Positions 9,724-20,733 are shown, counted from the stretch's first letter. The stretch is DNA of 64,000 bases from an uncultured delta proteobacterium (GCA_963845145.1 CAWJQU010000002.1:352001-416000); one strand, 5' to 3'. Made by a program: numbers and translations. Notes: a model not told the origin generated them from the sequence alone.

Positions 9724-9849
9724 ATTAGAGCCTTTTCTCCGACGTCCTATTTTGTTACATTCCGTCTTGGACATCCATTTCAAACAGACTGAAAACAGAT
9801 TTAAAAAACAACTTTCCGGAACTCATATCACCGGCCGGGTAAAAAATCC

Positions 9850-10740
9850 ATGATCCCTCCTGACAAAACCGCGACCACTCGGCGAATGGTACCCACCCAT
9901 GAGGGCCTGTCACGGCCCCAAGCCAATACATTTGGACTGGTTCTGTCATCGGCAAAAATGTCTTATCAAGTTGTCCGGGCCCTAAAAGGATACGAGATCC
10001 GGGTACCGGAAAACATCAAAACCGAAGCCATTACATTGATCGAAACATACCTGGCCGAAAACACGACCAGCGATGAAGTTGCACCTGAATCGCCCTGGCC
10101 CATCACGCGCACTTTGGCAGGCATCTGGATGGCTTTGATTTTGGTGGGCAGCCATCTTTACATCACGACCACAGGCCAAACAGCCACCATACGACAACTC
10201 TACCGGGCCTCTGCCGACAAAATACTTCAAGGGGAACTTTACCGTATCTGTACGGCCTTGCTACTCCATGCCGACGCGCTACACCTGGTGGGCAATGTCA
10301 TCGGGCTGGCCTTGTTTGCCACGGTTGTCTGCAGTACAGCAGGGTTTGGGGTCGGAGGGTTAATGATCCTCATTTCAGGTATGGTGGGGAACCTGTCAAA
10401 CGCCCTTTTATTTCAAACAGGCCATCACTCAATCGGTGCGTCGACAGCTGTTTTCGGTGCGGTAGGCCTTGCCGCGGCCCATCAATTCATTGTGAAATGG
10501 CGACAACACCATCGGCACTTTAAGGCCTGGATTCCCTTAGGAGGTGGGTTGGCCCTGCTCGGTATGATGGGATCGAGTATTAATACCGACCTGACCGCTC
10601 ACCTTTTTGGATTTGTGGCAGGTTTTTGTATGGGCCTCCTCTTCTCCGCGCCACGGCAGGAACCACCGGGGAAGCCCGCTCAATATGGATGTCTCCTAGT
10701 GGCGGTAGTCCTCGTAATGGCTTCTTTCGTGATCAACTGA
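9850..10740 (+). CDS. Rhomboid family intramembrane serine protease
   Basis: HADALHLVGN, GAST (catalytic Ser), AHLFG (catalytic His); several TM helices. Confidence 0.9.
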   Translation: MIPPDKTATTRRMVPTHEGLSRPQANTFGLVLSSAKMSYQVVRALKGYEIRVPENIKTEAITLIETYLAENTTSDEVAPESPWPITRTLAGIWMALILVGSHLYITTTGQTATIRQLYRASADKILQGELYRICTALLLHADALHLVGNVIGLALFATVVCSTAGFGVGGLMILISGMVGNLSNALLFQTGHHSIGASTAVFGAVGLAAAHQFIVKWRQHHRHFKAWIPLGGGLALLGMMGSSINTDLTAHLFGFVAGFCMGLLFSAPRQEPPGKPAQYGCLLVAVVLVMASFVIN

Positions 10741-10785
10741 TCCGTCCACAAGCGGGTGATTACCTCTTGATACCCGGTGATTTGC

Positions 10786-11076
10786 CTAATCGTTGCGGTA
10801 AATGGCGTACTCGGTTGGTTCACCCAGAAGCGCATCGATTTTAGCCTGAATGTTGATCCGTTGATCGTTGTGAAACCAGCGATTCCAATCTTCAAGCGAC
10901 TGCCAGGTACTGATCACCAGGTATTCATCCTGGCCGTCAATCCGCTTTAAGGTTTCCCCGGAAATATGAGGTTGTTCTCTGGTGGCCAGCGCCCGCATTT
11001 GCCGCAGTAAGGGCGCCAAATCCTCGGCTTTGTTAAGCGGTACATGCCTTTTGATCACGACTTTAACGCTCATCAT
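10786..11076 (-). CDS. Antibiotic biosynthesis monooxygenase (ABM) family protein
   Basis: About 96 aa; ISGETL...YLVISTWQSLEDWNRW; AGGAGG RBS. Confidence 0.85.
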   Translation of the reverse strand: MMSVKVVIKRHVPLNKAEDLAPLLRQMRALATREQPHISGETLKRIDGQDEYLVISTWQSLEDWNRWFHNDQRINIQAKIDALLGEPTEYAIYRND

Positions 11077-11355
11077 GGTCCTCCTTTTTTTTGCAAACTT
11101 CAAAGTAATTGGGCCCTCAGCCGGCGACGGTAAGGGTTCGCCGAACGGGCCGCATTGAGTTTCTATAGAAGGTTTGGCGTGAACGAAAAACAAGCTAAAA
11201 GGGTAATGATTATCACATACCGGAGCCTTGAAGGACATGCCGGTAAAATTGCCATGATCGTCAACAGATTATTAGGTAGGACTTATCATTGCGATTATGA
11301 TACCGTAATGACACCTGAATGTCAATTTCGACGGTTCCCAAAATACACAAAGACC

Positions 11356-12963
11356 ATGATCTATGAACACAAATTTCCTTTATTGGCACGCATAAGCAAC
11401 GAGATCTTCCAGACCCTGGCCAGAACATTTCCGGTGACATCGGCCAGCGATGAATTTCCCGAATTTCCCCAGGTTGTGGAATCCGAACCACGATGGGACC
11501 ATTGGGACTGCTTTTCCGAAGCGCAGATTGAAACGATAGCTCGAAAGTTGTTGAATTGGGAAAATCAGCTGGCACACATCCCATCCGGGACCATACCTTC
11601 CGATCATGAAAAAAGAGGCGAAAAAATCGCCCTGCACGCCCGGATCGATCGTACCCATTTAATCAATGCGGTCCGCAATCTTCGCGAACACCTGACGCTC
11701 ACCCGCCGCTGGGAGCGCCAACCCACTTTCTATTTGACCATCGCCGCCATTGGTATGGCCGAAGCCCTTGGGGACCCGGACCCGGCCGCAAGCCGAAAAC
11801 GCGCTTCCGGACTATCTGGCTTTTTTGACCAGGCGGCCGAAAACCTAACCCGCATACCCGTCTTGTTTAAACACCTGGGCCTTGAAATGGCAGCCGATGT
11901 CCGGCAATACCTTATCCGGCTGTCCCGTACACTTCCTGAATTAGTGCCGGCTCTAGCAGCGTTAGGCAGATTTGAGGCAGCCTTGAGACAGCTTCCCACC
12001 ACGCGCCGATTTCATCTGCCGGCAGAACGTTTAGAGCGGTTGATTCGTTACCATCTAAACACCGGCATGGATGTAGAAACGGTCAATGCGAGCCTTGAAG
12101 TGGAAATTCGCCAAACCAGACGATTACTCAACCGTATTACCCACCGTCGGTTTGGCGACGCATCGTTAGAGGCGGCCTATAGCCAAATACCGCTACCTGA
12201 AATTGGCACCGAAGGCCTACTATATCTATACCGTCGAGAGGTTGATCGCCTGGCACAATTTTTAGAAAAAGCCGCCATTCTGCCAGTCGCCTCGCCCCAC
12301 GCCTGCCCGGTAAGGGTCAAACCGGTCCCCGCCTTCTTATCCGCCACTCGTTCAGCGTCGAGCTATAGTATCCCCCCAAAGCACCCCCCCAATGGCGGGA
12401 CATTCTATGTGATAAATGCTGATGATCCTGCCGAAGCCACCCGAGATTATCAGCGGGAATACCAGATTTTAACCGCCCATGAGACCTACCCGGGGCATCA
12501 CCTCCTGGACGCCGCTCGCTGGCAGCTGGACAACCCCATTCGACGGGTCATCGAACACCCCGTTTTCTACGAAGGCTGGGCCTGTTTTGCCGAGGAGTTG
12601 ATATTTCGCATGGGTTATCTCAGGGGACACCACAATCTTCTCATGTTGATCCGGCGCCGTTTTTGGCGTGCCCTTCGGGGGAAAGTTGATCTGGGGCTGC
12701 AAACCGGAACCATGGACCTTGAAACGGCCGCACAGATTCTGAATCAGGCCGGTCTTACCCTTTCACAGGCACGGGCGGTGGTGCGCAAGTACGCATTGAA
12801 CCCCGGTTACCAGATATGTTATACCGTTGGCTATCAGCAATTCAGGAAATTATTTGATACGTTCGGCCGGGGGCGACTCCCCCAATTTGTCCAGACCGTA
12901 CTATCTCAAGGCGAAATTCACTTCGAGGATCTGACAGCTGTATTAAAAACATCTCTGGTCTAA
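11356..12963 (+). CDS. DUF885 family protein (metallopeptidase-like; start uncertain)
   Basis: HETYPGHH, EGWACFAE, PGYQICYTVG motifs. Confidence 0.85.
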   Translation: MIYEHKFPLLARISNEIFQTLARTFPVTSASDEFPEFPQVVESEPRWDHWDCFSEAQIETIARKLLNWENQLAHIPSGTIPSDHEKRGEKIALHARIDRTHLINAVRNLREHLTLTRRWERQPTFYLTIAAIGMAEALGDPDPAASRKRASGLSGFFDQAAENLTRIPVLFKHLGLEMAADVRQYLIRLSRTLPELVPALAALGRFEAALRQLPTTRRFHLPAERLERLIRYHLNTGMDVETVNASLEVEIRQTRRLLNRITHRRFGDASLEAAYSQIPLPEIGTEGLLYLYRREVDRLAQFLEKAAILPVASPHACPVRVKPVPAFLSATRSASSYSIPPKHPPNGGTFYVINADDPAEATRDYQREYQILTAHETYPGHHLLDAARWQLDNPIRRVIEHPVFYEGWACFAEELIFRMGYLRGHHNLLMLIRRRFWRALRGKVDLGLQTGTMDLETAAQILNQAGLTLSQARAVVRKYALNPGYQICYTVGYQQFRKLFDTFGRGRLPQFVQTVLSQGEIHFEDLTAVLKTSLV

Positions 12964-13007
12964 TCGGTTATCGATCCATTCAACCCATCAACGCAGGAGT
13001 CAATTCA

Positions 13008-14408
13008 TTGCAAGCAGGCGAATTTATCGGGTATCACTCGGAATGGAACCTCGGCAGCCCCGGGGGCTGGGATTATCAGCGCATCACCCAGGAGATCGGC
13101 CAGGCGGTCTGGGCCCATCTTAGACAACGCGGGGCACCGAATATCAACCTCGATTTCAGCCATCGGCTCTTTTCCCCGGTCGACGAATTTATCGATTTGC
13201 TGGCCGATGTCCACCGGTCGCGTGAAGGCCGCAACCCCGGTCTGATCGCAGTGGTGGCCGAAGAAGAGACCCTTGATGATGTGATTGAAAACCAGAACCT
13301 GGCCCATCGTATCAGCCGAATCGACGGTTTGGAGGGCATTCTGACCGCGCCCCAGGGAATCGAATCGGTAAATGGGCGCGTCTGTTTTGAAGGCCGGCCC
13401 GTATCGTTGATTTTTATGGATTTTAACACCGACGTATTGCTCACCCTGCATCGCCGGGATAACTTGGCCCCATTGCTGCAAGCTGTACGGGAAAACCGGG
13501 TTATCAATCCCAGGGGCACCGAACCGATCAATGTCAAAAGTGTTTTTGAGCTGATCACCGACCCGGAAAAAAACCAGCCGTTTTCCAAATCCACCATCAA
13601 CCACACACCGTGGACACGTCGATTTTTTGACCGGCGGACCTTAGGACCCAGTGGTGAACCTATTGACGACCTTTTAAAATGGACACGAACCCATTGGGAG
13701 AATTTGGTATTAAAACCAGTGAGAGGCTATTCCGGCAAAGGCGTCCGTGTCGGAGGGGTTCACCCTGATGCCGACCAGGCGATCACTAAGGCGCTTGAAG
13801 CGGGGGACTACATCGTCCAGCAAAAAGTTCCCCTCCCCCTTTGGGCGGAAAAGATACCGGAAATGACCAAGGGGACCCGGCAAGTAGTCTTGACCCAATA
13901 CCAGACCGATTTCAGGTGCCTGTTCGGCCCCGATCGGTTGGTAGGCTTTGTGGGACGATACGGCCAAGTACCCACCAATGTGGGCAGTGGTGGTGGGTTT
14001 CAGCCCCTCGCCCTTTTGGATGCCGATATGTCTGTGGGCGAGGCCACACATCGAATCAATGAGGCCATCCTCGAAATGCCTGACGAAAGCGTGCTTGAGG
14101 CCATTGCGTTACAGGAAAAGATGGCACTGGCAGAACAGTTCACATATTTGCTGGGCCCGGTTAAAATGGCCCTGCGGCCGCGACTGCTGACCGCGGCCCA
14201 GGTGACATCATTGGCCGGCTATTGCAAAGCAATCTGGAACGACTGTTTAACCCTGGAAAAAATGTGGATGGATGGTCATCTCGACGACCTGATCGATATC
14301 GAACCGGAAGAGCTGGCTATTGCCCGGTCCCAGCCTTGGAAAGGATCTTTTGCGCTGCTGGCTTCGGATGGTATTTTCAGCTTCGGCGCACACCTTGACT
14401 CGCCATGA
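13008..14408 (+). CDS. Circularly permuted ATP-grasp ligase-like protein
   Basis: EWNLGSPGG (ExN), PWTRR, LVLKPVRGYSGKGVRVG, YIVQQKV, NVGSGGG. Confidence 0.75.
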   Translation: MQAGEFIGYHSEWNLGSPGGWDYQRITQEIGQAVWAHLRQRGAPNINLDFSHRLFSPVDEFIDLLADVHRSREGRNPGLIAVVAEEETLDDVIENQNLAHRISRIDGLEGILTAPQGIESVNGRVCFEGRPVSLIFMDFNTDVLLTLHRRDNLAPLLQAVRENRVINPRGTEPINVKSVFELITDPEKNQPFSKSTINHTPWTRRFFDRRTLGPSGEPIDDLLKWTRTHWENLVLKPVRGYSGKGVRVGGVHPDADQAITKALEAGDYIVQQKVPLPLWAEKIPEMTKGTRQVVLTQYQTDFRCLFGPDRLVGFVGRYGQVPTNVGSGGGFQPLALLDADMSVGEATHRINEAILEMPDESVLEAIALQEKMALAEQFTYLLGPVKMALRPRLLTAAQVTSLAGYCKAIWNDCLTLEKMWMDGHLDDLIDIEPEELAIARSQPWKGSFALLASDGIFSFGAHLDSP

Positions 14409-15181
14409 CGATCAAAGTAAAAAAAAATTGGTGGAAAACGCTTTTCGACGATTTGTACCTTCAAACCGACGCCCGCTCGGTTTGTGATGAGGCCTTAACC
14501 CGCCGGGAAGTTGATTTTTTAGTTGAAAAACTAGATTTGAATCAATCCGATTTCCTTCTGGATCTTTGCGGCGGTCACGGCCGCCATGCCCTGGAGTTTT
14601 CACGGCGTGGATTTCACCACATAATGGTCTTGGACTATTCCGAATGCCTACTACAATACGGTCTGCACGCCGCCCGTCGGAACCGACTCTCCACGGCCTT
14701 TATTCAAGGTGATGCGCGCTGCCTGGGGTTTGCCGCGCATACATTTAAAGCAGTACTGATGATGGGGTGCTCTTTCGGGTATTTCACCGATGACAATGAA
14801 AACAGCCGAATTTTAAACACGATTTACCGAACCCTTCAGCCCTCCGGAAAACTACTACTCGACTTGCCGCACCGCGAATACGTCATTCAACATTTTACCC
14901 CTCGCATCAGTCACCAGGTGGATGGGCTGGAAGTGATTCGCACAAGGGAGCTGCGAAACGACACTATCTACGCCCGGGAAGAAGTCATCTCACCCGCCAA
15001 AGGATCCCTTCGGGTCAACCATTACTGCACCCGTCTGTACAATCCGGAAACCATCACTAAGTTGTTAGCCTCCAGTGGATTCGGTGACATTCATTGTAAC
15101 TTGGACTTTATGGATCGCTCGGGCGAGGGCAATTACGGTACCATGACCAATCGCATGGTGGTCACGGCCGATAGGCCTTAG
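14405..15181 (+). CDS. Class I SAM-dependent methyltransferase
   Basis: LDLCGGHGRH motif I, GDAR, SFGYF; ATGA overlap with upstream gene. Confidence 0.9.
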   Translation: MTIKVKKNWWKTLFDDLYLQTDARSVCDEALTRREVDFLVEKLDLNQSDFLLDLCGGHGRHALEFSRRGFHHIMVLDYSECLLQYGLHAARRNRLSTAFIQGDARCLGFAAHTFKAVLMMGCSFGYFTDDNENSRILNTIYRTLQPSGKLLLDLPHREYVIQHFTPRISHQVDGLEVIRTRELRNDTIYAREEVISPAKGSLRVNHYCTRLYNPETITKLLASSGFGDIHCNLDFMDRSGEGNYGTMTNRMVVTADRP

Positions 15182-15196
15182 TGGGAGAACACACAT

Positions 15197-16027
15197 ATGA
15201 CCGATGACCAACAATCCCCTAATACCACGAATTCATGGCGTTTATGGCTGTACGAAACCATTTTTGAAACCGAAACCTTTGCCGGCCGGTGGTTCGACAT
15301 CCTTCTCATTCTTAGTATTATCCTCAGCGTTATCGCGGTTATGCTCGATAGTGTTGGTTCCATTCGGGTCCAATGGGGGCGCACTTTATACGTTCTCGAA
15401 TGGGCTTTTACGCTGTTCTTTACCGTCGAATATTTGCTGCGCCTGATCTCCATTGGCCGGCCGCGCAAATATGCCACCAGCTTCTGGGGGATTATCGATC
15501 TTTTAGCCATTATTCCAACGTATATCAGCCTGGTCATCCCCCATAGTAAATTTCTGCTGGTGATCCGGATTATTCGAATGTTGAGGATATTCCGTGTTTT
15601 AAAATTGCTGCGTTACATGGGCGAGGCCCAGCAATTGCGGGCTGCGATCCAGGCCAGCCGCCACAAAATCGTCGTCTTCCTTTTCGCGGTGTTAGCCCTG
15701 GTCATCATCATCGGATCGATCATGTATATCGTTGAGGGCGAAAAAAACGGCTTTACCAGTATTCCTCGCAGTATTTACTGGTCGATCGTCACCCTGACCA
15801 CCGTCGGCTACGGCGACATCTCGCCCAAAACCGACCTGGGCCAGATGCTGGCGGCTTTGGTTATGATGCTGGGCTATTGTATCCTGGCCGTCCCCACCGG
15901 CATCGTGACGGTAGAAATGACACAAGTCATGAAAAACAAGGCCACCGATCAGGCCTGCCCCGATTGCAGTGCCCAGGGACACGATCTTGACGCCCACCAC
16001 TGTAAGTACTGCGGTGCCAGGCTGTAA
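15197..16027 (+). CDS. 6-TM voltage-gated-type potassium channel
   Basis: TTVGYGD filter, S4-like RIIRMLRIFRVLK, C-terminal CPDC...CKYCG. Confidence 0.92.
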   Translation: MTDDQQSPNTTNSWRLWLYETIFETETFAGRWFDILLILSIILSVIAVMLDSVGSIRVQWGRTLYVLEWAFTLFFTVEYLLRLISIGRPRKYATSFWGIIDLLAIIPTYISLVIPHSKFLLVIRIIRMLRIFRVLKLLRYMGEAQQLRAAIQASRHKIVVFLFAVLALVIIIGSIMYIVEGEKNGFTSIPRSIYWSIVTLTTVGYGDISPKTDLGQMLAALVMMLGYCILAVPTGIVTVEMTQVMKNKATDQACPDCSAQGHDLDAHHCKYCGARL

Positions 16028-16477
16028 TATTTCCTGCATCCCCATTTTTTAAATAATTGAACAGCGTTTTTATCGCATGCTGACTGAAGATTTTACTGCT
16101 CTTTTGGATGTGGTTCAAGTCATGGGTGTGAAGCGATAGATCACATAATCGAAATTATAAAAAAGGTCATAGGAAGCTTAATAGAAATAGCACTTAAAAT
16201 CGGTTGGTCGTTTTTTTAGCGACACATAGTACAATTAAAAGATTTCCTTTCCCATCTTGATGATTATCACAGTAGTTCAAATTGCCTGAATAGCAGATCC
16301 TTGATGATCTATGGTAAAGATTATCAAAGGTATGAGCACTTCTGCGATACGAAGAAATGATCTCAGATGCAGAATAAGAGGTTTATTAGATTGGATTTCC
16401 AAATGCACAGTCACTTGCAATGATTGATGGTGGCTCGCGATCTAAACAAAATAAACGGGTGAAAAAGTATAGACTTA

Positions 16478-16660
16478 TCATGAGCTATCTGCCGTCTGAG
16501 CCCTTAAAAAAGCATCCAGCGCCTCAATCATCACACCCGTGACCGTATTGCCGTTTTCATTCGCATATTTTTCAGTGCGTTCCACAAGCCGGCAGGGTAT
16601 CTGCATCGTTATTAGCTGGGTGTCGTCTGTACAGATAATAGGTTCGCACTGGTCGTCCAT
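16478..16660 (-). CDS. Small hypothetical protein, possible ribbon-helix-helix fold
   Basis: ITMQIP..LVERTEKYA...TVTGVMIEAL pattern; AAGGGG RBS. Confidence 0.5.
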   Translation of the reverse strand: MDDQCEPIICTDDTQLITMQIPCRLVERTEKYANENGNTVTGVMIEALDAFLRAQTADSS

Positions 16661-16879
16661 GAGGCCCCTTTCGAGTTGAGGGTTATTTTATTACAACCAT
16701 CTACGATGTCATGCGTGACAGAATTTTGTTTAATCGATTACAGATATCTACTTTTGGTCTGAAACGATTTTACCTCAATTATATTATATAATTAGGGTTG
16801 ACTTGACAACAGGCATTTGGATATCTTTAATTTTGCGAATATGGGAATTATCTCAATACATCGCCACGCCACCGATTTA

Positions 16880-17374
16880 TCAGATATATTCATTTCCAGT
16901 CTTAGCTTGCCTCCCTGTCGCGGGACCAGCGCTAACGCCTGCTGAGGCTCCCTCGGTACCTATTTTGGCTTGGGCGCCGGCCGTTATCGCGACTGCAGAT
17001 GCTGTAGCATCAAACTCAAAGTCACCTCTGGTAAAATCATCGTAAGCACGTTTGTCCTGAAAAAAAATGATCTCGCTAAACACTTGGCCACCTAGTTGAA
17101 AACCTATGGTCGCTTTGAATAGCTCAACTGCACCGGTTATTTTACCATTCTCATACACCTGACCTTTGCCATAAGAACCGCCAATACCTATGCCACCCTT
17201 GCCAATATTCGGGAAAACAGCATATCCATAAGAACTATTTAAAAATTCCTGGACAGCTGACGATTTCTTAAATATTTAAATTGTCTCAGAATAGTAGCTG
17301 GCCTGAGCGAATGTAGAAAAAGAAAACACCAAAATAACCATTATCAATATGTTAAAACGACGATAAGTTCTCAT
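16880..17374 (-). pseudogene. Ysc84/SYLF lipid-binding domain protein, disrupted
   Basis: Signal peptide from ATG 17374, in-frame TAA at 17276-17278, then GYAVFPNIGKGGIGIGGSYGKG and GFQLGGQ; usual C-terminal GGLMYE segment not found. Confidence 0.8.
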
Positions 17375-17615
17375 CAATGAAAATCCTTTCCGGTCCACAG
17401 TTTTTTAAACGATTCAGAATGATGGCAACAAGACGAACTTAAACCTATCGAATGTTTCTGTGGCTTCAGATATAGTTAACCCTTATTTGATAGGCAATCC
17501 TGAAGAGATAGCCTTTTTACAAACTGTGTTTACTGGAATAAATCCAAAGATTGCAAGGGCCGCAAGTAACAAAAGAAACACCACCTCTTTAATCGGTTCG
17601 CGGAGATAAAAATAG

Positions 17616-17642
17616 AGGAGTTTGGAATGGTCCCAAACTCCT
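17616..17642 (-). terminator. Intrinsic terminator after fasciclin gene
   Basis: AGGAGTTTGG...CCAAACTCCT stem, followed on the minus strand by a T-rich tract. Confidence 0.65.
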
Positions 17643-17666
17643 ATGAAGCCTCATCTATAAGTCCGA

Positions 17667-18158
17667 TTATTTCGGAATAATAACGGTGTCAATCACATGA
17701 ATAACACCGTTGGTTGTCTCGATATCGGTTTTAACAACTTTAGCGTTGTCAACGAATACAGAACCGTCTTTTTGGCTGATCATAAATTTTTGACCGTTCA
17801 CCGTCGGAGCCGAGTCTAAAGCCACAGCATCCGCGGCCATCACTTTACCAGGAACCACATGATAGGTCAAAATCGCCTGAAGTTTTTCCTTATTTTCAGG
17901 TTTGAGTAGATCTTCGACAGTGCCCTTGGGAAGCTTGGCAAAAGCATCATCCGTAGGCGCAAAAACTGTGAACGGTCCGGTTCCTTTTAGTGTTTCAACC
18001 AAACCCGCAGCTTTAACCGCAGTAACAAGGGTGTTGAACGATCCAGCAGAAACAGCCGTGTCTACAATATCCATTTTTGCGCCGTGGCTACCAGCATGGG
18101 CGTACGTTACCAGGCCAAAAAAAAGAAGAATAATAATAAATTTAGAATTTTTAAGCAT
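17667..18158 (-). CDS. Secreted fasciclin (FAS1) domain protein
   Basis: Signal peptide (AHA); [24 protein letters not shown]. Confidence 0.92.
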   Translation of the reverse strand: MLKNSKFIIILLFFGLVTYAHAGSHGAKMDIVDTAVSAGSFNTLVTAVKAAGLVETLKGTGPFTVFAPTDDAFAKLPKGTVEDLLKPENKEKLQAILTYHVVPGKVMAADAVALDSAPTVNGQKFMISQKDGSVFVDNAKVVKTDIETTNGVIHVIDTVIIPK

Positions 18159-18745
18159 TTTAAACTCCTAATTTAAAAAAATCGATTAAATGGCCAGTCG
18201 TTTATCGTCCAGCCACTGTTAAATGAATCAGTCAATAACGCTCACATTTTTGGCAACCTGATTGTCGTTTAAAAGGTTGCTGTACATCATTAAGTTTCTC
18301 ACGATTATCTGTTTCGCAATATTAGAAGAATAATAGGATAATGAGAGTCTATTTATATAGACTGTTTTTCTGCCTTCGATATTCGATAGAGGTTTTAATG
18401 CGGAAAATCAATTTCAATGAATAAAAATAAATCTTATGTCCCGGCTATCCTTATAGAAACCATTATATACGGGTCAGATACTAACCGCGAGGGGAGGTGG
18501 TTTCGTTAAAAATGGGTTTTCCGCTGATTTAGAGCTAGTCGTGCGCTTGAGGCAACCTGAAAGGGTATGGATTGCATGTTCTCAATATTTTTTATGATAG
18601 GTATTGCCTATTATCGAGCTATCGTTCTTTCATTATTGGCGTTCATTATTTTATGTTTAATTTTAGATTAGGTTAGGGACTAATAATTTTTACGCCCATT
18701 TTTGAAAAATTAAATTGTTCGTTAATCTTAGAAGGAGGTATCAAA

Positions 18746-19291
18746 ATGGTTAAAATTAAGAGTGCATTAGTAAGTTTGGGAATGGTTGTATTTTTGGTAC
18801 TGTCACTAGTGGCCTGTGGCTCAGATGATGATGACCACGTTGATGAAATGGGAATGGACATCGTCGACACTGCAGTTGCTAATGGAAACTTTAACACTTT
18901 GGTAGCAGCTATCCAGGCTGCTGGGCTTGAGCAGACTTTGAGAGGCCCTGGGCCATTTACAGTTTTCGCTCCCACAGACAATGCTTTTGATGCGCTGCCT
19001 GCCGGTACTGTCGATTTTCTGCTTCAGCCGGAGAACCAGGATGTCTTGACCGATATTCTCACCTACCATGTGTCTGCGGACTCTCTGCTGGCCACCGATG
19101 TTATCGCCAGAGATGGTATGAGTATCCCTATGGTCAATGGCGGATTGCTGAACATTGATGTCGTCGGTGGTAGCGTGGTGCTTAATCAAGATGGAAACCG
19201 TGCGGCTACCGTCACGGTAACAGATGTGCTGGCGTCTAATGGTGTGATTCATGTGATCGATATGGTGCTGGATCCGGGTGACTCTTTGTAA
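18746..19291 (+). CDS. Fasciclin (FAS1) domain lipoprotein
   Basis: Lipobox [31 protein letters not shown]. Confidence 0.92.
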   Translation: MVKIKSALVSLGMVVFLVLSLVACGSDDDDHVDEMGMDIVDTAVANGNFNTLVAAIQAAGLEQTLRGPGPFTVFAPTDNAFDALPAGTVDFLLQPENQDVLTDILTYHVSADSLLATDVIARDGMSIPMVNGGLLNIDVVGGSVVLNQDGNRAATVTVTDVLASNGVIHVIDMVLDPGDSL

Positions 19292-19430
19292 GGAATTTTA
19301 TAAGGTATTTTATCATCACAAAACACTATCACACGTATAAAATTCGTTTTAATATTTTTTTGTTGCTATCCAGTCAATTTATATTATGATATTTGTTATC
19401 GATACAAACACAGAAAAACGGAGAAATAGA

Positions 19431-20363
19431 ATGCAAAAAAAGATTCTGCTGGCTGTCGACAATACGCGCCCGTCGCTAAGAGCGATCCATTACGCTGTTC
19501 AGCTGTCTTCTGTTGTCAACAAATTACATTATGTCTTTATTCACATTCAGCCGATGATTTCCGATTACCTGCAGGAAGAGGTAAGTAAGAGTGCATCGGC
19601 ACGAAGGCAGCTGGAAACGGTTCTAAAAAAGAACGATCATTTTGCGAGAAAGCTTCTCGATGACCATCGAAACGAGATGGAAAACAAGGGAATTGCTCCT
19701 GATCGAATCGAATGCGTCACCCAAAAAAGAAATTTGGGATATGCAAAAGATATTATAGATTACGCACAGAAGGAGCGTTATGACACGATTGTGGTCGGCC
19801 GCAGGGGGTTGTCCGGCCTTGTCAAAATGTATGCTGGCAGCGTCACGACCAACATACTGGAGCAGTCGCAGGTTATTCCAGTCTGGTTGGTCGATGGTGA
19901 AGGAGCCTCAAGCGAGATCTTGATGGCTATAGACGGTTCTGAGGCCTCCCTGCGTGCCGTCGACCATGTCAGTTTCATTCTGTCCGGCAATTCCGACATC
20001 CGCCTGACCCTCTTGCATGTCACGAGCCATGCCCGCAATTATTGCGAAATCGATCTGGAGGAGCAACCCGATCCGGAACTGGAAAAAATCGTGGCTCGCG
20101 GGGACAAGGCGTGTATCGACCAGTTTTATCCTCATGCGATTAAGAAGTTCAAAGACGCCGGGATTTCTGAAGACCAAATTAAAATAGAAACCGTCGATGG
20201 CAGAAGGCGGGTCGGCAAGGCGATTCTCGATTTCGCCCAAAACGGAAATTACGGCACCGTGGTAATCGGCAGACGGGGTGCTAACAAGTCCTTTTTTATG
20301 GGCAGTGTTTCCCGTTACCTGATTAACAAGATTTCAAACATGGCGCTTTGGGTAGTTCCTTAG
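19431..20363 (+). CDS. Universal stress protein with two USP domains
   Basis: ILLAVD / ILMAIDGS; two VVGRRG...GSV motifs. Confidence 0.9.
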   Translation: MQKKILLAVDNTRPSLRAIHYAVQLSSVVNKLHYVFIHIQPMISDYLQEEVSKSASARRQLETVLKKNDHFARKLLDDHRNEMENKGIAPDRIECVTQKRNLGYAKDIIDYAQKERYDTIVVGRRGLSGLVKMYAGSVTTNILEQSQVIPVWLVDGEGASSEILMAIDGSEASLRAVDHVSFILSGNSDIRLTLLHVTSHARNYCEIDLEEQPDPELEKIVARGDKACIDQFYPHAIKKFKDAGISEDQIKIETVDGRRRVGKAILDFAQNGNYGTVVIGRRGANKSFFMGSVSRYLINKISNMALWVVP

Positions 20364-20404
20364 AGCCCTAACCTAGCCCTCCTCCTCGGACGCTTAACAG
20401 AGGT

Positions 20405-20733
20405 ATGACCAATGACCAAACCTATCGTCACCATCGAGCTCCCCAGACCATGGCAGTGAATAAAGACAGCGTTTTGCCCGGTGTTCAACTGTTGGCTTCA
20501 TTGGTCAAACATGTCATCATCGGTGCCCATCAAGGCCGGTTTGGGCCACAGTATCTACAAAACTATCTGGATGGATATCTTTTCAGGTTCAATTACAAAA
20601 CATCCCGTTCCGTTGGGAAAAAGTTCATGGGAATCGTACGACAGGTTGTCCGTTCTTCAAAAATTATTTACTATTAAGTAAGACTCCAGGCCTCCGCTCC
20701 TTTTGAGTTCTGACTTGGGCTTTATGGATAACC
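20405..20733 (+). mobile_element. IS1595-family transposase C-terminal remnant with possible degenerate right end
   Basis: LPGVQLLASLVK..GAHQG...LQNYLDGYLFRFN matches the IS1595 pattern LPxVHxxxSLLKRW.GTHQG...YLDEFxFRFN with the catalytic E lost; N-terminal part absent. Confidence 0.7.
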
